From NCBI GenBank assembly GCA_003707115.1, contig PPNB01000010.1, positions 62,001-126,000 of the forward strand: DNA of 64,000 nucleotides. Direction: 5' to 3'. Numbering within the stretch: the stretch's first letter is position 1; each line of letters begins with the position of its first letter. Shown here one piece after another: positions 29,652 through 40,788 of this stretch. The notes under the pieces are model-generated. The model was not told the DNA's origin. It saw only the letters and a program-made list of their open reading frames with translations, and did no database searches. The position numbers were made by a program, and so were the translations under genes. Origin of the DNA: Tortispora ganteri. Lineage: Eukaryota.

Positions 29652-32600
29652 ATGGAAAACCCAACTTATTCTCCCTCAGCTAACATTTCTACTAACCCAC
29701 CTTCGTCACGTGATATACATTCCCGTTCCCGCCTTGGTTGTCCCGACAACACTTTTTTTTCTGCGATAGTAGACAATTCTCCCAAAACTGCAGTCAGTGA
29801 GGATCGTGCTCCTACTGATTCTACCATTCCAACGGCCACCGTTTTACCTGTCAGTACGCATAAGTTCACCGCCCTTTCGTCTTATTCTACTTCTCAGACT
29901 CCCTTATTTTCAGGTGATTATACTACGACAGAATCTGCTCCAGATACAGGCACTAGTCCTTGCTTTCTTGATCTGAGCCCTACAACCTCTGTCTCACCTC
30001 CATCACTGTCTTCTATTTCTGCTGCGGACTGTTTGTCTCACAACCCAGATCGCTCATTTTCACCAAAACAACAGTCTGTTCCAATACCTCTTGCGCGTTC
30101 ACCTTGTTCGCATACAAGAAACAACTTTACTGACTTCCACAACAGCAGCGTTACTTCCTCTCCACCGCCGCTCTCGCCTAGAACATCACATTCGTCCTCA
30201 CCTAGAAAACCTTCTATTACTACCCGCTGCGCTGAGAATTTGTCTCCCTCATTACCTACTACTTCCTCTCCTTCTATATCCACTTGTATTAGCTCAGGCC
30301 AGCTAAATAACTCTGCCAACCCGTTAAACCCTCGTCTCTGCTCTCGAAAAACTGACATTGCTGCTTCTGCCAATACACCAAGGTCGCCGCTTGTATTAAC
30401 ATCTCCAATCAGACACTCCTCTATATCTGAAGTTCTTGCGCCTTACTCGCTAGAATATATCATGTCTGAACCGCATAACACTGACAGACCCCTTGCTACT
30501 AGCAGCCTGCCCCAGCTGTCCACGGATATACCCTCTACTCAGGCGCAACACCCTAATTCATCTTTGTCCCTCACACCTGTAATCTCTTCTGCTTCTACAC
30601 CTGTGAAAGAGACGCATCACATATCATTTGACTATGATCCCATTTCTGGCCGTAAAACTGTCAATACCTATGAAATTGTTCGTGAACTCGGCCGCGGTCA
30701 GCACGGAAAGGTAAAACTCGCCCGCGATTTGCTCACAAACGAATATGTCGCTATAAAGATTGTTAGCCGTATAGGACGTGCAAGATTGGGTCGCCCATTA
30801 TCAGCAGGCTCAAGTCAGGAGGAGAAAATTAGGAGAGAGATTGCCATTCTTAAGAAATGCGATCATCCCAATATCGTCAAACTCCGTGAAGTACTCGATG
30901 ATGCAGCATCAAGCAAAATATATCTCGTTCTTGAATATGTTGAACGTGGTGAAATACAATGGCATGATTCTTATGATAACCCGATTCTCAATGAGGAGCA
31001 ATCTCGCTCAGCGTTTCGTGATGTTGTCCAAGGGTTAGAATATTTGCACTTTCAAGGAATCATTCATCGTGATATTAAACCTGCCAATTTGCTAGTGGCA
31101 CATGACGGATCAATTAAAATATCAGATTTTGGTGTATCATACTCTGCTTTTAATTCTGGTAAAACAGAATCTGGTCAGGCTAAAGTCGGAAGCGAAATAG
31201 AGCTCGCTAAAACGGCAGGCACTCCTGCATTCTTTGCTCCTGAAATTTGCTATAATGACCCTAATCAACCCCCTCCACCTATCACATACAAAATAGATAT
31301 TTGGGCTCTTGGTGTCACTTTATATTGCTTTTTTTATGGACGAGTGCCATTCATGGCAGAGAACGAATTTGAACTTTTTAACGTTATTGCTACTGAGGAC
31401 GTTGTGATACCTAAGAACGAGGATGGCACATTAGTTGCAGATATTTCACCTGAAGGCATAGATATCCTGATCAAGCTGCTTAAAAAGAATTCTGATGAGC
31501 GCCCTTCTATTTCTGAAATCAAAAACCATCCTTGGCCTTTACAAGGGTTATCACGTGAGATGGTAGCTAAATTCAAAACCCAGACATTGCTGGAAACAGT
31601 TCCTATTGAAGTCTCTACAGAAGAGATGCAGGATGCTGTAATGGGAATAACTGGTAAGATTAAACGAAGACTATCTAAATTGGGCAACTCTGCATTGCAG
31701 CTTGCTGGTTTACGGCGCAAACCATCGTCAAGAAAAAGCACTCTCTCAGGTCAACAACATCCATTTTCAGCCTCTTCTTCGCATAATGTCACTACTGACG
31801 GATCTGAGACTGAGCTAAGAAGTGCTAATTCGCAATCTACTGGTGAACGCACCAGAGCGTCCTCATTCAATAATGATATTCTATCTGATATTGATTCGCG
31901 ACACATGGAAGACTTGATGGACTTACATGGTACTCCTCCATCAGCTTACCGTAACAGCACGGAAGAGCTTAGCAGCAATGATGGAATGTCGAAACCGCGG
32001 CAGATATCAGCTAATTTTAGCGACAGACCGATGCCTGCAGTTACTGCTGCATCAGCCGCTGCAGCCTCGCTGCAATCAGCCATAAATAATCACACACGTG
32101 CTTCGAGAGGTACCGAATCGAATAATTCTCTAAGTAGACGACCTACTGTTTCCTCGAACGATTTTTCTGAGCACAATATTACAGATTTTTTGAATCCAGG
32201 CCCGCGACTCGGTATGAGTCAGCCTGTGAGCAGGCAAAATAGTGTCAGACGCGGCCGTGCTTCAACGGTCAACAGCAGACCAGCTGGTGTATCGTCAAGC
32301 AGCTTGTTATCTCCACGAGTAGAGAGCACGAGCTCTGGTGCACTGCTGGCAGCTCTTAACAATGCTATTGGTTCGCCTAATTCTCTTTCTCCCAGCAATA
32401 GCAACGGAGGTCTCGGTACATCATCGACGTCTGAAGGACGTCTGCTGTCGCGAGAATCTTCTGTAACGTTTGATTTTCTGGACGGCAATGAAGGCTCGGA
32501 CGGTAGCTCAAACAGGGATGTGGAGGATTGCGAGTATGAACAAAACCGGCATGAATATGTAAGACAGCCGGATATTTCCATTACCAGTGCGGATATGAAG

Positions 32601-33002
32601 TTTTTAGACGATGATTCTGAGACGCCTCGAGCACTGGAATTTGGCATTGAGGATATTGTGCATTCGAAGAACGTGCCAATGGGAGAACTGTCGCGAGGGC
32701 TGCGAAGACTGCATGTAGCGCACTCGTCGGACAAACAATATGGATCCGACTCTGAGGCGCAAAATATAAAACATGGACACTTGCACAGCCATAGCGTGCT
32801 TGTCAGACGTGAAAGTGACGATAGCGATGAAGGGTTGACACTAAGCCTTGGCGGACGACACGAACTCGCTATGTCACAAAGTCCTCGGAAGTCAGAAGAT
32901 TCCGGGGCCATGGATGTCCGACGAGATAGAACTGCGCGGGATCGCAGTCAATCTATTACAGTCGGTATTCTGCAAAGGAGTGGTATGGCTTCTGAAAGAT
33001 AG
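29652..33002 (+). CDS. SAK1: Snf1/AMPK-activating kinase (Sak1/Tos3/Ssp1 family)
   Basis: VKETHH...VNTYEIVRELGRGQHGKVKL, HRDIKPANLL, DFG, ELAKTAGTPAFFAPE; long S/P-rich termini. First ATG at 29652. Confidence 0.85.
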   Translation: MENPTYSPSANISTNPPSSRDIHSRSRLGCPDNTFFSAIVDNSPKTAVSEDRAPTDSTIPTATVLPVSTHKFTALSSYSTSQTPLFSGDYTTTESAPDTGTSPCFLDLSPTTSVSPPSLSSISAADCLSHNPDRSFSPKQQSVPIPLARSPCSHTRNNFTDFHNSSVTSSPPPLSPRTSHSSSPRKPSITTRCAENLSPSLPTTSSPSISTCISSGQLNNSANPLNPRLCSRKTDIAASANTPRSPLVLTSPIRHSSISEVLAPYSLEYIMSEPHNTDRPLATSSLPQLSTDIPSTQAQHPNSSLSLTPVISSASTPVKETHHISFDYDPISGRKTVNTYEIVRELGRGQHGKVKLARDLLTNEYVAIKIVSRIGRARLGRPLSAGSSQEEKIRREIAILKKCDHPNIVKLREVLDDAASSKIYLVLEYVERGEIQWHDSYDNPILNEEQSRSAFRDVVQGLEYLHFQGIIHRDIKPANLLVAHDGSIKISDFGVSYSAFNSGKTESGQAKVGSEIELAKTAGTPAFFAPEICYNDPNQPPPPITYKIDIWALGVTLYCFFYGRVPFMAENEFELFNVIATEDVVIPKNEDGTLVADISPEGIDILIKLLKKNSDERPSISEIKNHPWPLQGLSREMVAKFKTQTLLETVPIEVSTEEMQDAVMGITGKIKRRLSKLGNSALQLAGLRRKPSSRKSTLSGQQHPFSASSSHNVTTDGSETELRSANSQSTGERTRASSFNNDILSDIDSRHMEDLMDLHGTPPSAYRNSTEELSSNDGMSKPRQISANFSDRPMPAVTAASAAAASLQSAINNHTRASRGTESNNSLSRRPTVSSNDFSEHNITDFLNPGPRLGMSQPVSRQNSVRRGRASTVNSRPAGVSSSSLLSPRVESTSSGALLAALNNAIGSPNSLSPSNSNGGLGTSSTSEGRLLSRESSVTFDFLDGNEGSDGSSNRDVEDCEYEQNRHEYVRQPDISITSADMKFLDDDSETPRALEFGIEDIVHSKNVPMGELSRGLRRLHVAHSSDKQYGSDSEAQNIKHGHLHSHSVLVRRESDDSDEGLTLSLGGRHELAMSQSPRKSEDSGAMDVRRDRTARDRSQSITVGILQRSGMASER

Positions 33003-33099
33003 ATATAATCATACACTGAAAATAATCATAGAGTTTACCGTCAGCTGTGGAGAAGCAGCCCCAGGTCCCACCAACTTCCCCCCTTACCAAGTCTGAACA

Positions 33100-33594
33100 A
33101 TGGACGACAAGAAGCTGGAACTACTTACACAGGAAGATAACATATCTAAAACTTTAGGAAAATTAAATAGTCCACTTAATGTGCTTCAGGCGATTCAGCA
33201 GCTTTATACTGTAACACAAAGCGGGCCGCAAGGCGCTGCAGACGTTGAGAAATCACTACAATTGGCTGCTATGCAAACTGTGCAATCAGGCGCTCCCGAA
33301 ACCGAATCATTGCCTTACACCATTCTTCAATCGCTAATATTGACTGGAATTCTTGATTCCAGGGTAATGAGTCTCTATCTTGAACGAAACCAGCATTTGA
33401 GCCAGTCGGCGCCGCCACTGCAGCCTTCACCTGTTCCTGCGCCTACAGAACAACTACCACAACCGCACAACGAACCGTCAGCGTCTATTGATCCCGCTAT
33501 TTTAGATCAAATAAGGCACTTAACGCCTGATCAGATTGCTGCCTTGCCGCAGGAATATAGAGACGCGATTATCCAGCTACAACAACGTGCCTAA
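33100..33594 (+). CDS. Rna15/Pti1/CstF-64-like protein with hinge and C-terminal domains but no RRM
   Basis: DNISKTLGKL...LPYTILQSLILTGILD resembles the CSTF2 hinge; ILDQIRHLTPDQIAALPQEYRDAIIQL resembles the CstF-64 C-terminal domain. Confidence 0.65.
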   Translation: MDDKKLELLTQEDNISKTLGKLNSPLNVLQAIQQLYTVTQSGPQGAADVEKSLQLAAMQTVQSGAPETESLPYTILQSLILTGILDSRVMSLYLERNQHLSQSAPPLQPSPVPAPTEQLPQPHNEPSASIDPAILDQIRHLTPDQIAALPQEYRDAIIQLQQRA

Positions 33595-33639
33595 ACAGTG
33601 TACCATCATAACATTGCCATAATGACTATTACTAATCGT

Positions 33640-35250
33640 TTACTCTTCGGTAGAAATACCCGTAACAGCTATTGTAGCCTCAAGAATCTCATCAAGCTCA
33701 ACATTCACGCTCTTTTCTTCTATGGCGACGTTGCTGACATCTTCAGACATCCCTGATGCCGGCACGTACTCGTCCGTAACCGTCAGCACGCTCTCTTCTG
33801 TAGCAGCGGCTTCCATCTCTGTTGCAGGAGAAACTTGCACGCCTTCATCCTTGACCTGAGGCCGTTTGGGCTGAACTTCCCACATCATCAGCGCCTGCTT
33901 GACAGAAAACTGTGATCCTCTCGATATGGTCTTTGCAGCCTTCTCTGTCTCAGATGGCAATCGTCTGTTTGGGCCGCGTACACGCCGACCGGACGAAGGC
34001 AGAGGTTCCGAATCAGCACTCGGTTGCGGTTTTAAAACAGGTTTATTCGCTGGACGACCTGGTACAATCGGCAGGCTCTTCGAGCCTGACTGCGCCATTC
34101 GAGCTTCAAGGTCGGCTATAAAACTCGCTCTTGCACCGCTGAACTTCGGTTTTCGCGTAGGTCGAGGCGGGACAATGGGTTTTGGCTTCTCTTCGCTGCT
34201 TTTCTCCTCATTGTTCTTCTCCTCAGCTTTCTCGGCTTGCTCAATTTCAGGTTCTGTCTTCAGAGACTCTCCTTGCGCATTTGAAGCCACTTCCAGAGGT
34301 TTTGTACTGATTTCAGTTTCTTCTGCAACTTCTTTACATACATCTGCTGTGTTATGGGGTTCGTCATCGAGCTTCTCTTTCGCGCCCTCCTGAGACTCGG
34401 TGGAGTTGTCGGCTGTCAGCGCTTCGGGTTCGTTTTGTGAGCCAACCGTAGTGATAACGCTTGCGTCTTCTGTTTCTTCTTCGACCTCTGTACCCAAACT
34501 GTAAGATTCTACTGCAAAACTTGCGGTTTTCTCCTGTGCGTCGGCTTCCTCGGCCTCTGTGACCACTTGGCGGATGCTGGCGTCAAGCGGTACAGTTTGG
34601 TCGTTGACAGAGTATGTAGTGATAGAAGAGGCTTGAAGTTCCTTTGCCGGATGAGCCATTATAGGCATAGATGTTGCTTCCTCGAACACGGGCGTTTCTG
34701 CAGACAATGGAGGCTCGTCTTCGGGGAAGGAACTTGGATCGAGGTCGAAGAAACGATCCGAATCGTCAGTAATGACGGCTGGTACCGCATGTGAGGGAAG
34801 ATAGTCGTGAGACTCTTCATCGAATGGCTCCTCTACGGGTTCAATGGGTTCCGGTGATTCCATTGGTGTTTGGGCAGATACTTCGATTATGGGCATAGCC
34901 AGTGCGGCAGGAGGTTCTTCATCCTCGTATCTCTGTATTGCCTCCATTGTCATGGCTTCGGAGTTACCGGTGGCCGATGAGAGTGGGCGTGACAGCACAG
35001 AGTTAGCGTCAGATTCCTGGTAGTCACTAGTATCACAGAGAGAGACTTCTGAACTAGCGAGGGGCTGATCTGCGAGCTTGTCGAGCGCAGGATTTGGGAG
35101 CTTCGCAGAAGCTGAATCAGAAATGGCCGGTGAGAGTATTGGTGTGGAGTTGTTTGTCTGGTTTTCCTGCTGCATCTTTGTTGAGTCAGTAGACGAAATT
35201 TTAGACGTAGTCCGGGATGGACGTGGCGGAACTTTAGGCGTTTCAGCCAT
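33640..35250 (-). CDS. AIM21: Aim21-like acidic/Pro-rich actin-patch regulator
   Basis: PKVPPRPSR and PIVPPRP SH3 ligands, ASFIADLEARM, and capping-protein-interaction-like RRVRGPNRRLP. First ATG at 35250. Confidence 0.6.
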   Translation of the reverse strand: MAETPKVPPRPSRTTSKISSTDSTKMQQENQTNNSTPILSPAISDSASAKLPNPALDKLADQPLASSEVSLCDTSDYQESDANSVLSRPLSSATGNSEAMTMEAIQRYEDEEPPAALAMPIIEVSAQTPMESPEPIEPVEEPFDEESHDYLPSHAVPAVITDDSDRFFDLDPSSFPEDEPPLSAETPVFEEATSMPIMAHPAKELQASSITTYSVNDQTVPLDASIRQVVTEAEEADAQEKTASFAVESYSLGTEVEEETEDASVITTVGSQNEPEALTADNSTESQEGAKEKLDDEPHNTADVCKEVAEETEISTKPLEVASNAQGESLKTEPEIEQAEKAEEKNNEEKSSEEKPKPIVPPRPTRKPKFSGARASFIADLEARMAQSGSKSLPIVPGRPANKPVLKPQPSADSEPLPSSGRRVRGPNRRLPSETEKAAKTISRGSQFSVKQALMMWEVQPKRPQVKDEGVQVSPATEMEAAATEESVLTVTDEYVPASGMSEDVSNVAIEEKSVNVELDEILEATIAVTGISTEE

Positions 35251-35510
35251 TGGTTTACGGATTATATAGCGGTTATGAGGCAACGTAGCCTAACTGGTTA
35301 AAGGGGGTGGAAGACAGGGTCCAAGAGTCTTTGGGAGCAATAAAGGGCAAAGAGAATTAGGAATGTTTGTGGTCAGAATGAGTTGTTTAAGTCATAAAAT
35401 GGCTCGAACAGGCAGGCAGCAAAAATCAATCTGTCTAAAGTAAGCAAGTTTACGATAATCCATTATGGCAATTTATTTGGCTACAAGAACAACGAAACGA
35501 CGGTGAGGGT

Positions 35511-36007
35511 TTAAAGCACAAGACGGAAGATGTCGTTGTACAAGAAATAGCCATTGTCGTTTTTCAAAAGAAACACCTGGGAGAACTTCTTGGGTGGATC
35601 GTCGTCGGTATAAACGTCGCCAGTGACCATGATCAAGACACTGTTGCCGTCAACAGGCTGAGGATCTATGGTTTGCGGATCGTGTTTGATGCGTTGGAAG
35701 GGGAACTCGGCGAGTCGTTGACCGATCGCACTGGCTCCTTGAAGGTTGAATGTCTCGAACGTGAACATAGAATTGTCCCTATACATGGCAACAAGTTTCT
35801 GACGCTCATCGTTGCCTGCGTCAAAGGACGAATAATAGAATTGAGTAAACTCCTCTATGATATGTTAGTACGTTAATTACAGTTGGTCTAGACCACACTT
35901 ATTGATACTTACTTGCTAAGGTATTAATGTCGGCTATGTCGAATGTTAGTAATTATTTCGTTTCAATTTCTGTTATGCAATTATGCACGACCCAATTACT
36001 TACCCAT
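35511..36007 (-). CDS. NTF2: Nuclear transport factor 2 (3 exons, 122 aa)
   Basis: Exons 36007-36004 (ATGG), 35933-35913 and 35854-35511; introns of 70 and 58 nt (GTAAGT...TACTAAC...TAG). Protein MADINTLAKEFTQFYYSSFD...MYRDNSMFTFE...FSQVFLL...NDIFRL. Confidence 0.93.
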
Positions 36008-36363
36008 TGCGCTACTAAAAAGGAAAGAAGCTAAACAGAAACAAAAAATGTGCAGTTAGAAAGAACTGGTTGCGGTGGGCAAATAGAAGTAAATGTTCTA
36101 TTATTGCAATGGTTACCCGGCTTAATGGATGGATTTTTCCTCCATCTATATACGCATATGACTACTGTACGGCACTACCCCCACCCTCCCCGCAATTCTG
36201 GCACCGTATATTCTGATCATTAAATTCTATTTTGCATACTATCCAACCTACACAACCAGCTAATTTAACCACTTCACTGCGTATACCGACCTAATTTCCT
36301 CGCTATATTTCCCGCTAAACTTATTGTTTACGCGCTCACTCTTATTCCCGCTCGCGCAGAAAA

Positions 36364-39300
36364 ATGTCTAACACCGAGACGTCCCCCGCACCGAAGCCCT
36401 TTCATTGCGATCAATGCTCTCGTTCCTTTAACCGCTTAGAACACTTGTCCAGACACAGACACACACATGACACTCCCTCCGCAAGTAAACATTTTTGCCC
36501 CACTTGTGGAAAATCTTTCATGCGAAAGGACGTTCTATTGCGCCACGTCCGAGCCATCCACGACCAAGATGGTCTTCGCAAAACATCTAGACGTCGATCA
36601 TGTTTACGTTGTGTCCGCTACAAGGTAAAATGTTCCGGTGGGCCTACATGTGAGGCATGTGCAAAGAGAAATCTTGTTTGCGACTATGGTACGGACAAAA
36701 ACAACAATCCTATACCTATTCCGCATTACCGCAGCTCCGTTAAGACTTCTCCTCCGGAACCATCGAGGCCTGCTAACGGTCAACCAGCAGGTCATTTGTC
36801 TTCACCTACAGAACAATCTCAGCAACCGCAGCAACAGCAACATGACCCATCGTTGCAACAATCTCAAACTCAATCAACATCGTACCAGATCTCTAGCTCT
36901 CCTGGCACAGACTATTCGGCCAACGCCAAAATCTCAGACGACTTCACTCAAGCTACAGCTATCCTCTCCTCTCTAGACGGATCCAACCTTGATTTCTTTA
37001 AAATATCTGACGAGTGGGCTAGAGATTCTGCAACGCTAGATATAGACTGGCTTCGTCCGGATTTTTTCCCTGACTCTCAAACTTCTCCCTTCCCCGAAGT
37101 ATCAAGCATTCCTGTGGACCCAAACCCTCCTAAGAATGTATCTGCTACCGCAATTTCTATACCCGATATAGATCCTAATGCCATAATTTATCCTTTATTT
37201 CCTCAGAATACTCTTGACTTTGACACTTTTTACTCACAAGGCCGCCCCTCAACATCTGTTACCTCCGCACACTCAAGTTTTGGTGATCTGCCTCATACGC
37301 AACGCGCTTCTCAGTACCCTGACAGGAACATGCAATATCAATCTGGAAATCCAATTACCCTTTCTTCTATAGGATTTAGCGGACCTGCTCCGCCTCTGAA
37401 ATCGACTAACAGTCTGCCTCCTGTTGTACTAGAAACCCAAAACTTGTCTGATTATGATTCTGTCGCTGCATCTATCCCCACTCCTCAAGACCATGGTCAT
37501 CCTTCCCCCTCTGTCTCAGAGCAATACGTATCACCTCAATCAAGAGATACTGCCTTCTTGGACTCGAAATGGAAGCAAGGGTCTAAATCTCAGATATCGC
37601 GAGACTTTGCACTTCCGCCGCCTAAACCTCGCTGGAAGTCAAGCGCTGACATACTAGTCAATGCAGCAAAAGAACAAACATCTAATTACCGCCAGAACAT
37701 AGATTCTCTAGCTAGCAATTCTGGCCTCCAGGGCATGCGTGATTCGAACCCTCTATTGAACCCCTCGCTTGTCAAGCCTCCAAACATCAGATCACACGGA
37801 CATTCTTCCAGGTCTCAAACGAAAGGAGACAACTGGCCCCTTGCACCTGGAGCTGAAAATATTACCGAGCAGAGCGAAGAGGTACGGCTTCCTCCTATTC
37901 GTCAGGTTGTTGGAGATTACGGCATTACCAAGACTGACCGCGGGCCTCTAGATCTTGGAAATCAGAAAATGTCAATTACTAATGAGGTGAGAGATGATCT
38001 GGTAAAGCTTCTGTCTGTTCACTTCGAGTATCATCCCTTCCAGAAAGTTGACATTGACAAATTCCCTGAAACCTCGATCGTTAATCAGTTTTTGGCTCTC
38101 TATTTCCAGAATTTTCACCCTATTTTGCCGGTCATTCACCGTCCGACATTCTCTGCTCAAGAGACACCTACAATACTGCTCGGCACTATGTTGTCTATCG
38201 GTGCGAGTTACTCCAGATTAGAAGGCGCAGTTCAGTTTGCTGAGGCTTTATCTGAGCTGTGCAAGCGCACAATAATATGGCTAGCCCATTACGATACTGC
38301 ATATATGAGGTCAGCTTACGTCATAGCCTCGATGTGTTTACAATCAGTGTTTGCTCTTGGTTCTGGTAATCCCCGACTATATGAGAGAGCCGAATCAGAT
38401 AGATCATTTTTAGTCTCTAATGCGCGTCGTATGGGTCTATTCTCAGTATACAAGTCAGATCCCTGGCAATGGTCTGGCCCACAGACGTTGAATAATCCTG
38501 CAGAATTGGAACGAGTTTGGAACCTCTGGAAAGAAGAAGAAATGCACACCCGTTTAGCTTGGGGTGTATTTGAGACTGATGGATTTATTTCGATTCCTTC
38601 TTCGCACCGAGGTGCTGTGACATTGAACGATTTAGGTGTATTTTTGCCGTGTGCTGAAGAACTCTGGGAAGCAGAAACTCCACATGAATGGGTTCGACTA
38701 TTTGATCCTAATAAAGGACCTCCAAGGGGTCTTCATTCTTACAACACTATCAAGCAGGTGATATCATGTGCTGAAAAATTGAGAGAGCACAAGTATGATC
38801 AACAAAGCCGTGACTGGGTTGAGGCGCTGCCCGTATGGGGTAAACGTTTGTCGATTCAAGTTGTGGCACGTATTATTTGGGATATGAGAGAGCTAGAGTA
38901 TTCTGGTTTGTCTATAATAATGCCTCAAATGAGGCAGATTTTTGCGCCACCAATGGAACGATTATTGCGTTCGATTGACATTCTTTTAGATGCTACTATT
39001 CCTAGTCGCAAGCCAGGAGTATTAGACGGTGTTGCAGCTGTTCAACGTGTACATACGATTCTTGCGTCGCATATTGGACATTTTGTTTACTTATATGCTG
39101 CAAGAGAGGTTCTTGATTTGCTTCTCATTCTTGTGAGATATGGTCAAAATGAACGTGATCGAGCTGCCGAAGGATTAAAGCGCATTCTTCAGTCTCAACC
39201 TGTTGTTGCGCGAGAACTTGCATGGCATTGTGCACAGATTATTGGCATTTCTTCAAATTTCTTCTTGTGTGCTCCAAGTGAAATTATGCGAGTTTTTATG

Positions 39301-39630
39301 GCGACAATGTACTTGTATGTATTTTCCATGCTGAGTCTTCCGCCTGACCCTTCTAACCCTATGGAGCTGAAAGATGTTACTGTCCTAGACAAAGTGGGTC
39401 ATGGTGTGCAGGCATGGCGTGAACGAGGTGGTCCAGTCGCTTTGAGCAAAGTTCCTGATCTTTATAGTGCGAACGCGCCCGGACAGGTTCTTGAAGTCGG
39501 GTTGCTAACTTTAAGGAATCTACAAAACTGGGGCCTAACGCAGAAGTTTGTGAATGCAATCCGATTCATTTACAATCGCGATATCAACAACTCTAGTTCA
39601 AAGGGGTCAGAAACTAGCTCTAATACGTGA
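36364..39630 (+). CDS. Transcription factor with two C2H2 fingers, a Zn(II)2Cys6 cluster and a fungal MHR domain
   Basis: CDQC...HRHTH and CPTC...HVRAIH, then CLRCVRYKVKCSGGPTCEACAKRNLVC; YFQNFHPILPVIHRPTF and LPCAEELWEA of the fungal TF middle-homology region. Confidence 0.88.
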   Translation: MSNTETSPAPKPFHCDQCSRSFNRLEHLSRHRHTHDTPSASKHFCPTCGKSFMRKDVLLRHVRAIHDQDGLRKTSRRRSCLRCVRYKVKCSGGPTCEACAKRNLVCDYGTDKNNNPIPIPHYRSSVKTSPPEPSRPANGQPAGHLSSPTEQSQQPQQQQHDPSLQQSQTQSTSYQISSSPGTDYSANAKISDDFTQATAILSSLDGSNLDFFKISDEWARDSATLDIDWLRPDFFPDSQTSPFPEVSSIPVDPNPPKNVSATAISIPDIDPNAIIYPLFPQNTLDFDTFYSQGRPSTSVTSAHSSFGDLPHTQRASQYPDRNMQYQSGNPITLSSIGFSGPAPPLKSTNSLPPVVLETQNLSDYDSVAASIPTPQDHGHPSPSVSEQYVSPQSRDTAFLDSKWKQGSKSQISRDFALPPPKPRWKSSADILVNAAKEQTSNYRQNIDSLASNSGLQGMRDSNPLLNPSLVKPPNIRSHGHSSRSQTKGDNWPLAPGAENITEQSEEVRLPPIRQVVGDYGITKTDRGPLDLGNQKMSITNEVRDDLVKLLSVHFEYHPFQKVDIDKFPETSIVNQFLALYFQNFHPILPVIHRPTFSAQETPTILLGTMLSIGASYSRLEGAVQFAEALSELCKRTIIWLAHYDTAYMRSAYVIASMCLQSVFALGSGNPRLYERAESDRSFLVSNARRMGLFSVYKSDPWQWSGPQTLNNPAELERVWNLWKEEEMHTRLAWGVFETDGFISIPSSHRGAVTLNDLGVFLPCAEELWEAETPHEWVRLFDPNKGPPRGLHSYNTIKQVISCAEKLREHKYDQQSRDWVEALPVWGKRLSIQVVARIIWDMRELEYSGLSIIMPQMRQIFAPPMERLLRSIDILLDATIPSRKPGVLDGVAAVQRVHTILASHIGHFVYLYAAREVLDLLLILVRYGQNERDRAAEGLKRILQSQPVVARELAWHCAQIIGISSNFFLCAPSEIMRVFMATMYLYVFSMLSLPPDPSNPMELKDVTVLDKVGHGVQAWRERGGPVALSKVPDLYSANAPGQVLEVGLLTLRNLQNWGLTQKFVNAIRFIYNRDINNSSSKGSETSSNT

Positions 39631-39804
39631 TAAACCATTGTATTTATGATCTGGTATGTTTATTTAATGGCAGGTGCCACACGCAATTACATAGTTATAT
39701 ATTACGATACTACAATGACGCTGCACAATGCTGTTGCTAGGAGAAAGAGCTAAACCCACCTCAGAAACGAAATTTTCACTACGACCAACCATTAGATTCT
39801 CAGA

Positions 39805-40788
39805 ATGGCGCGAGAGAATGTCATTCAGAAGGTTAAAATTGACGCCAATGTAGCGTTTAAAATTATTAAGCATACTACTGAGAGTGCTCCTGCTGGTGTA
39901 AGCGGTCAGCTCCTTGGATTAGAAGATGGTGATACGATTGAAATCTCATATGCCTTTGCGTTCCCTATAGGTGAAGATTTAGCGTCATCATGGCCCAATA
40001 GTGAAAGTAATAAGAATTATGCAAATCTCATGACCGAGAGTTTAAGTGCTGTTAATGTTGTTCCTAATGCTGCTGGTTTTTATATCTCTAGTTTCCTCGG
40101 TTCTAATATATACTCTGCTCAGACTCTTGACGCCTTTTCAATGTACCAAAGTGACGAGATGAGCAGTCCGGTACTTATTGTCCACGACCCCACCCGCACA
40201 GCTCATACTGCTTCGCTAAATTTGCAAGCGTATGTACTCTCGCCTGCGTATGATGCAGTTAAGCAGGGTCACTGGTTCACGCGCGTAGCTATGGCTAAGC
40301 ACGGCCTGACATTCAAAGATGTACTTATCCCCGTACCCGTCGAGATTACCAACTCTCATTATGCTAACGCCTTTATCCACAGTTATGCAGAAACACAGAT
40401 GGAACCTATTGACCCTGCACTACACGGGCTAGACCTGAATATCGACCGATATCTCTGTGGCAACACCGAAGCAATGCTTGACACGCTTGACGACTTGACA
40501 TACGATTTAGGCAGCTTCCAGTACTTTTTGCGGCACTTGAACCGCGAAGAGGCACGTATTGTACAGTGGCAACAACGGCGCAAAGTTGAGAATGCGCAGC
40601 GCGAAGCACGAGGCCAGGATCCGCTGCCCGAAAACGACTGGAAGAAGATATTCCGTCTCCCTAATGAACCCTCGCGCCTCGAAGGCTTGCTTGAAGCCGC
40701 TCATGTCGAAAGAATCTGTGATCAGATAGAACAGTACAGTGCCGGATCTGTGCCCAAACTTTATGGCGTACGATCCCTTTTACAATAA
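39805..40788 (+). CDS. Translation initiation factor eIF3 subunit h (MPN domain)
   Basis: KIIKH, GQLLGL, EISYAFAFP, C-terminal QQRRKVENAQREARGQDPLPENDWKKIFRLPNEPSRLE. Confidence 0.88.
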   Translation: MARENVIQKVKIDANVAFKIIKHTTESAPAGVSGQLLGLEDGDTIEISYAFAFPIGEDLASSWPNSESNKNYANLMTESLSAVNVVPNAAGFYISSFLGSNIYSAQTLDAFSMYQSDEMSSPVLIVHDPTRTAHTASLNLQAYVLSPAYDAVKQGHWFTRVAMAKHGLTFKDVLIPVPVEITNSHYANAFIHSYAETQMEPIDPALHGLDLNIDRYLCGNTEAMLDTLDDLTYDLGSFQYFLRHLNREEARIVQWQQRRKVENAQREARGQDPLPENDWKKIFRLPNEPSRLEGLLEAAHVERICDQIEQYSAGSVPKLYGVRSLLQ

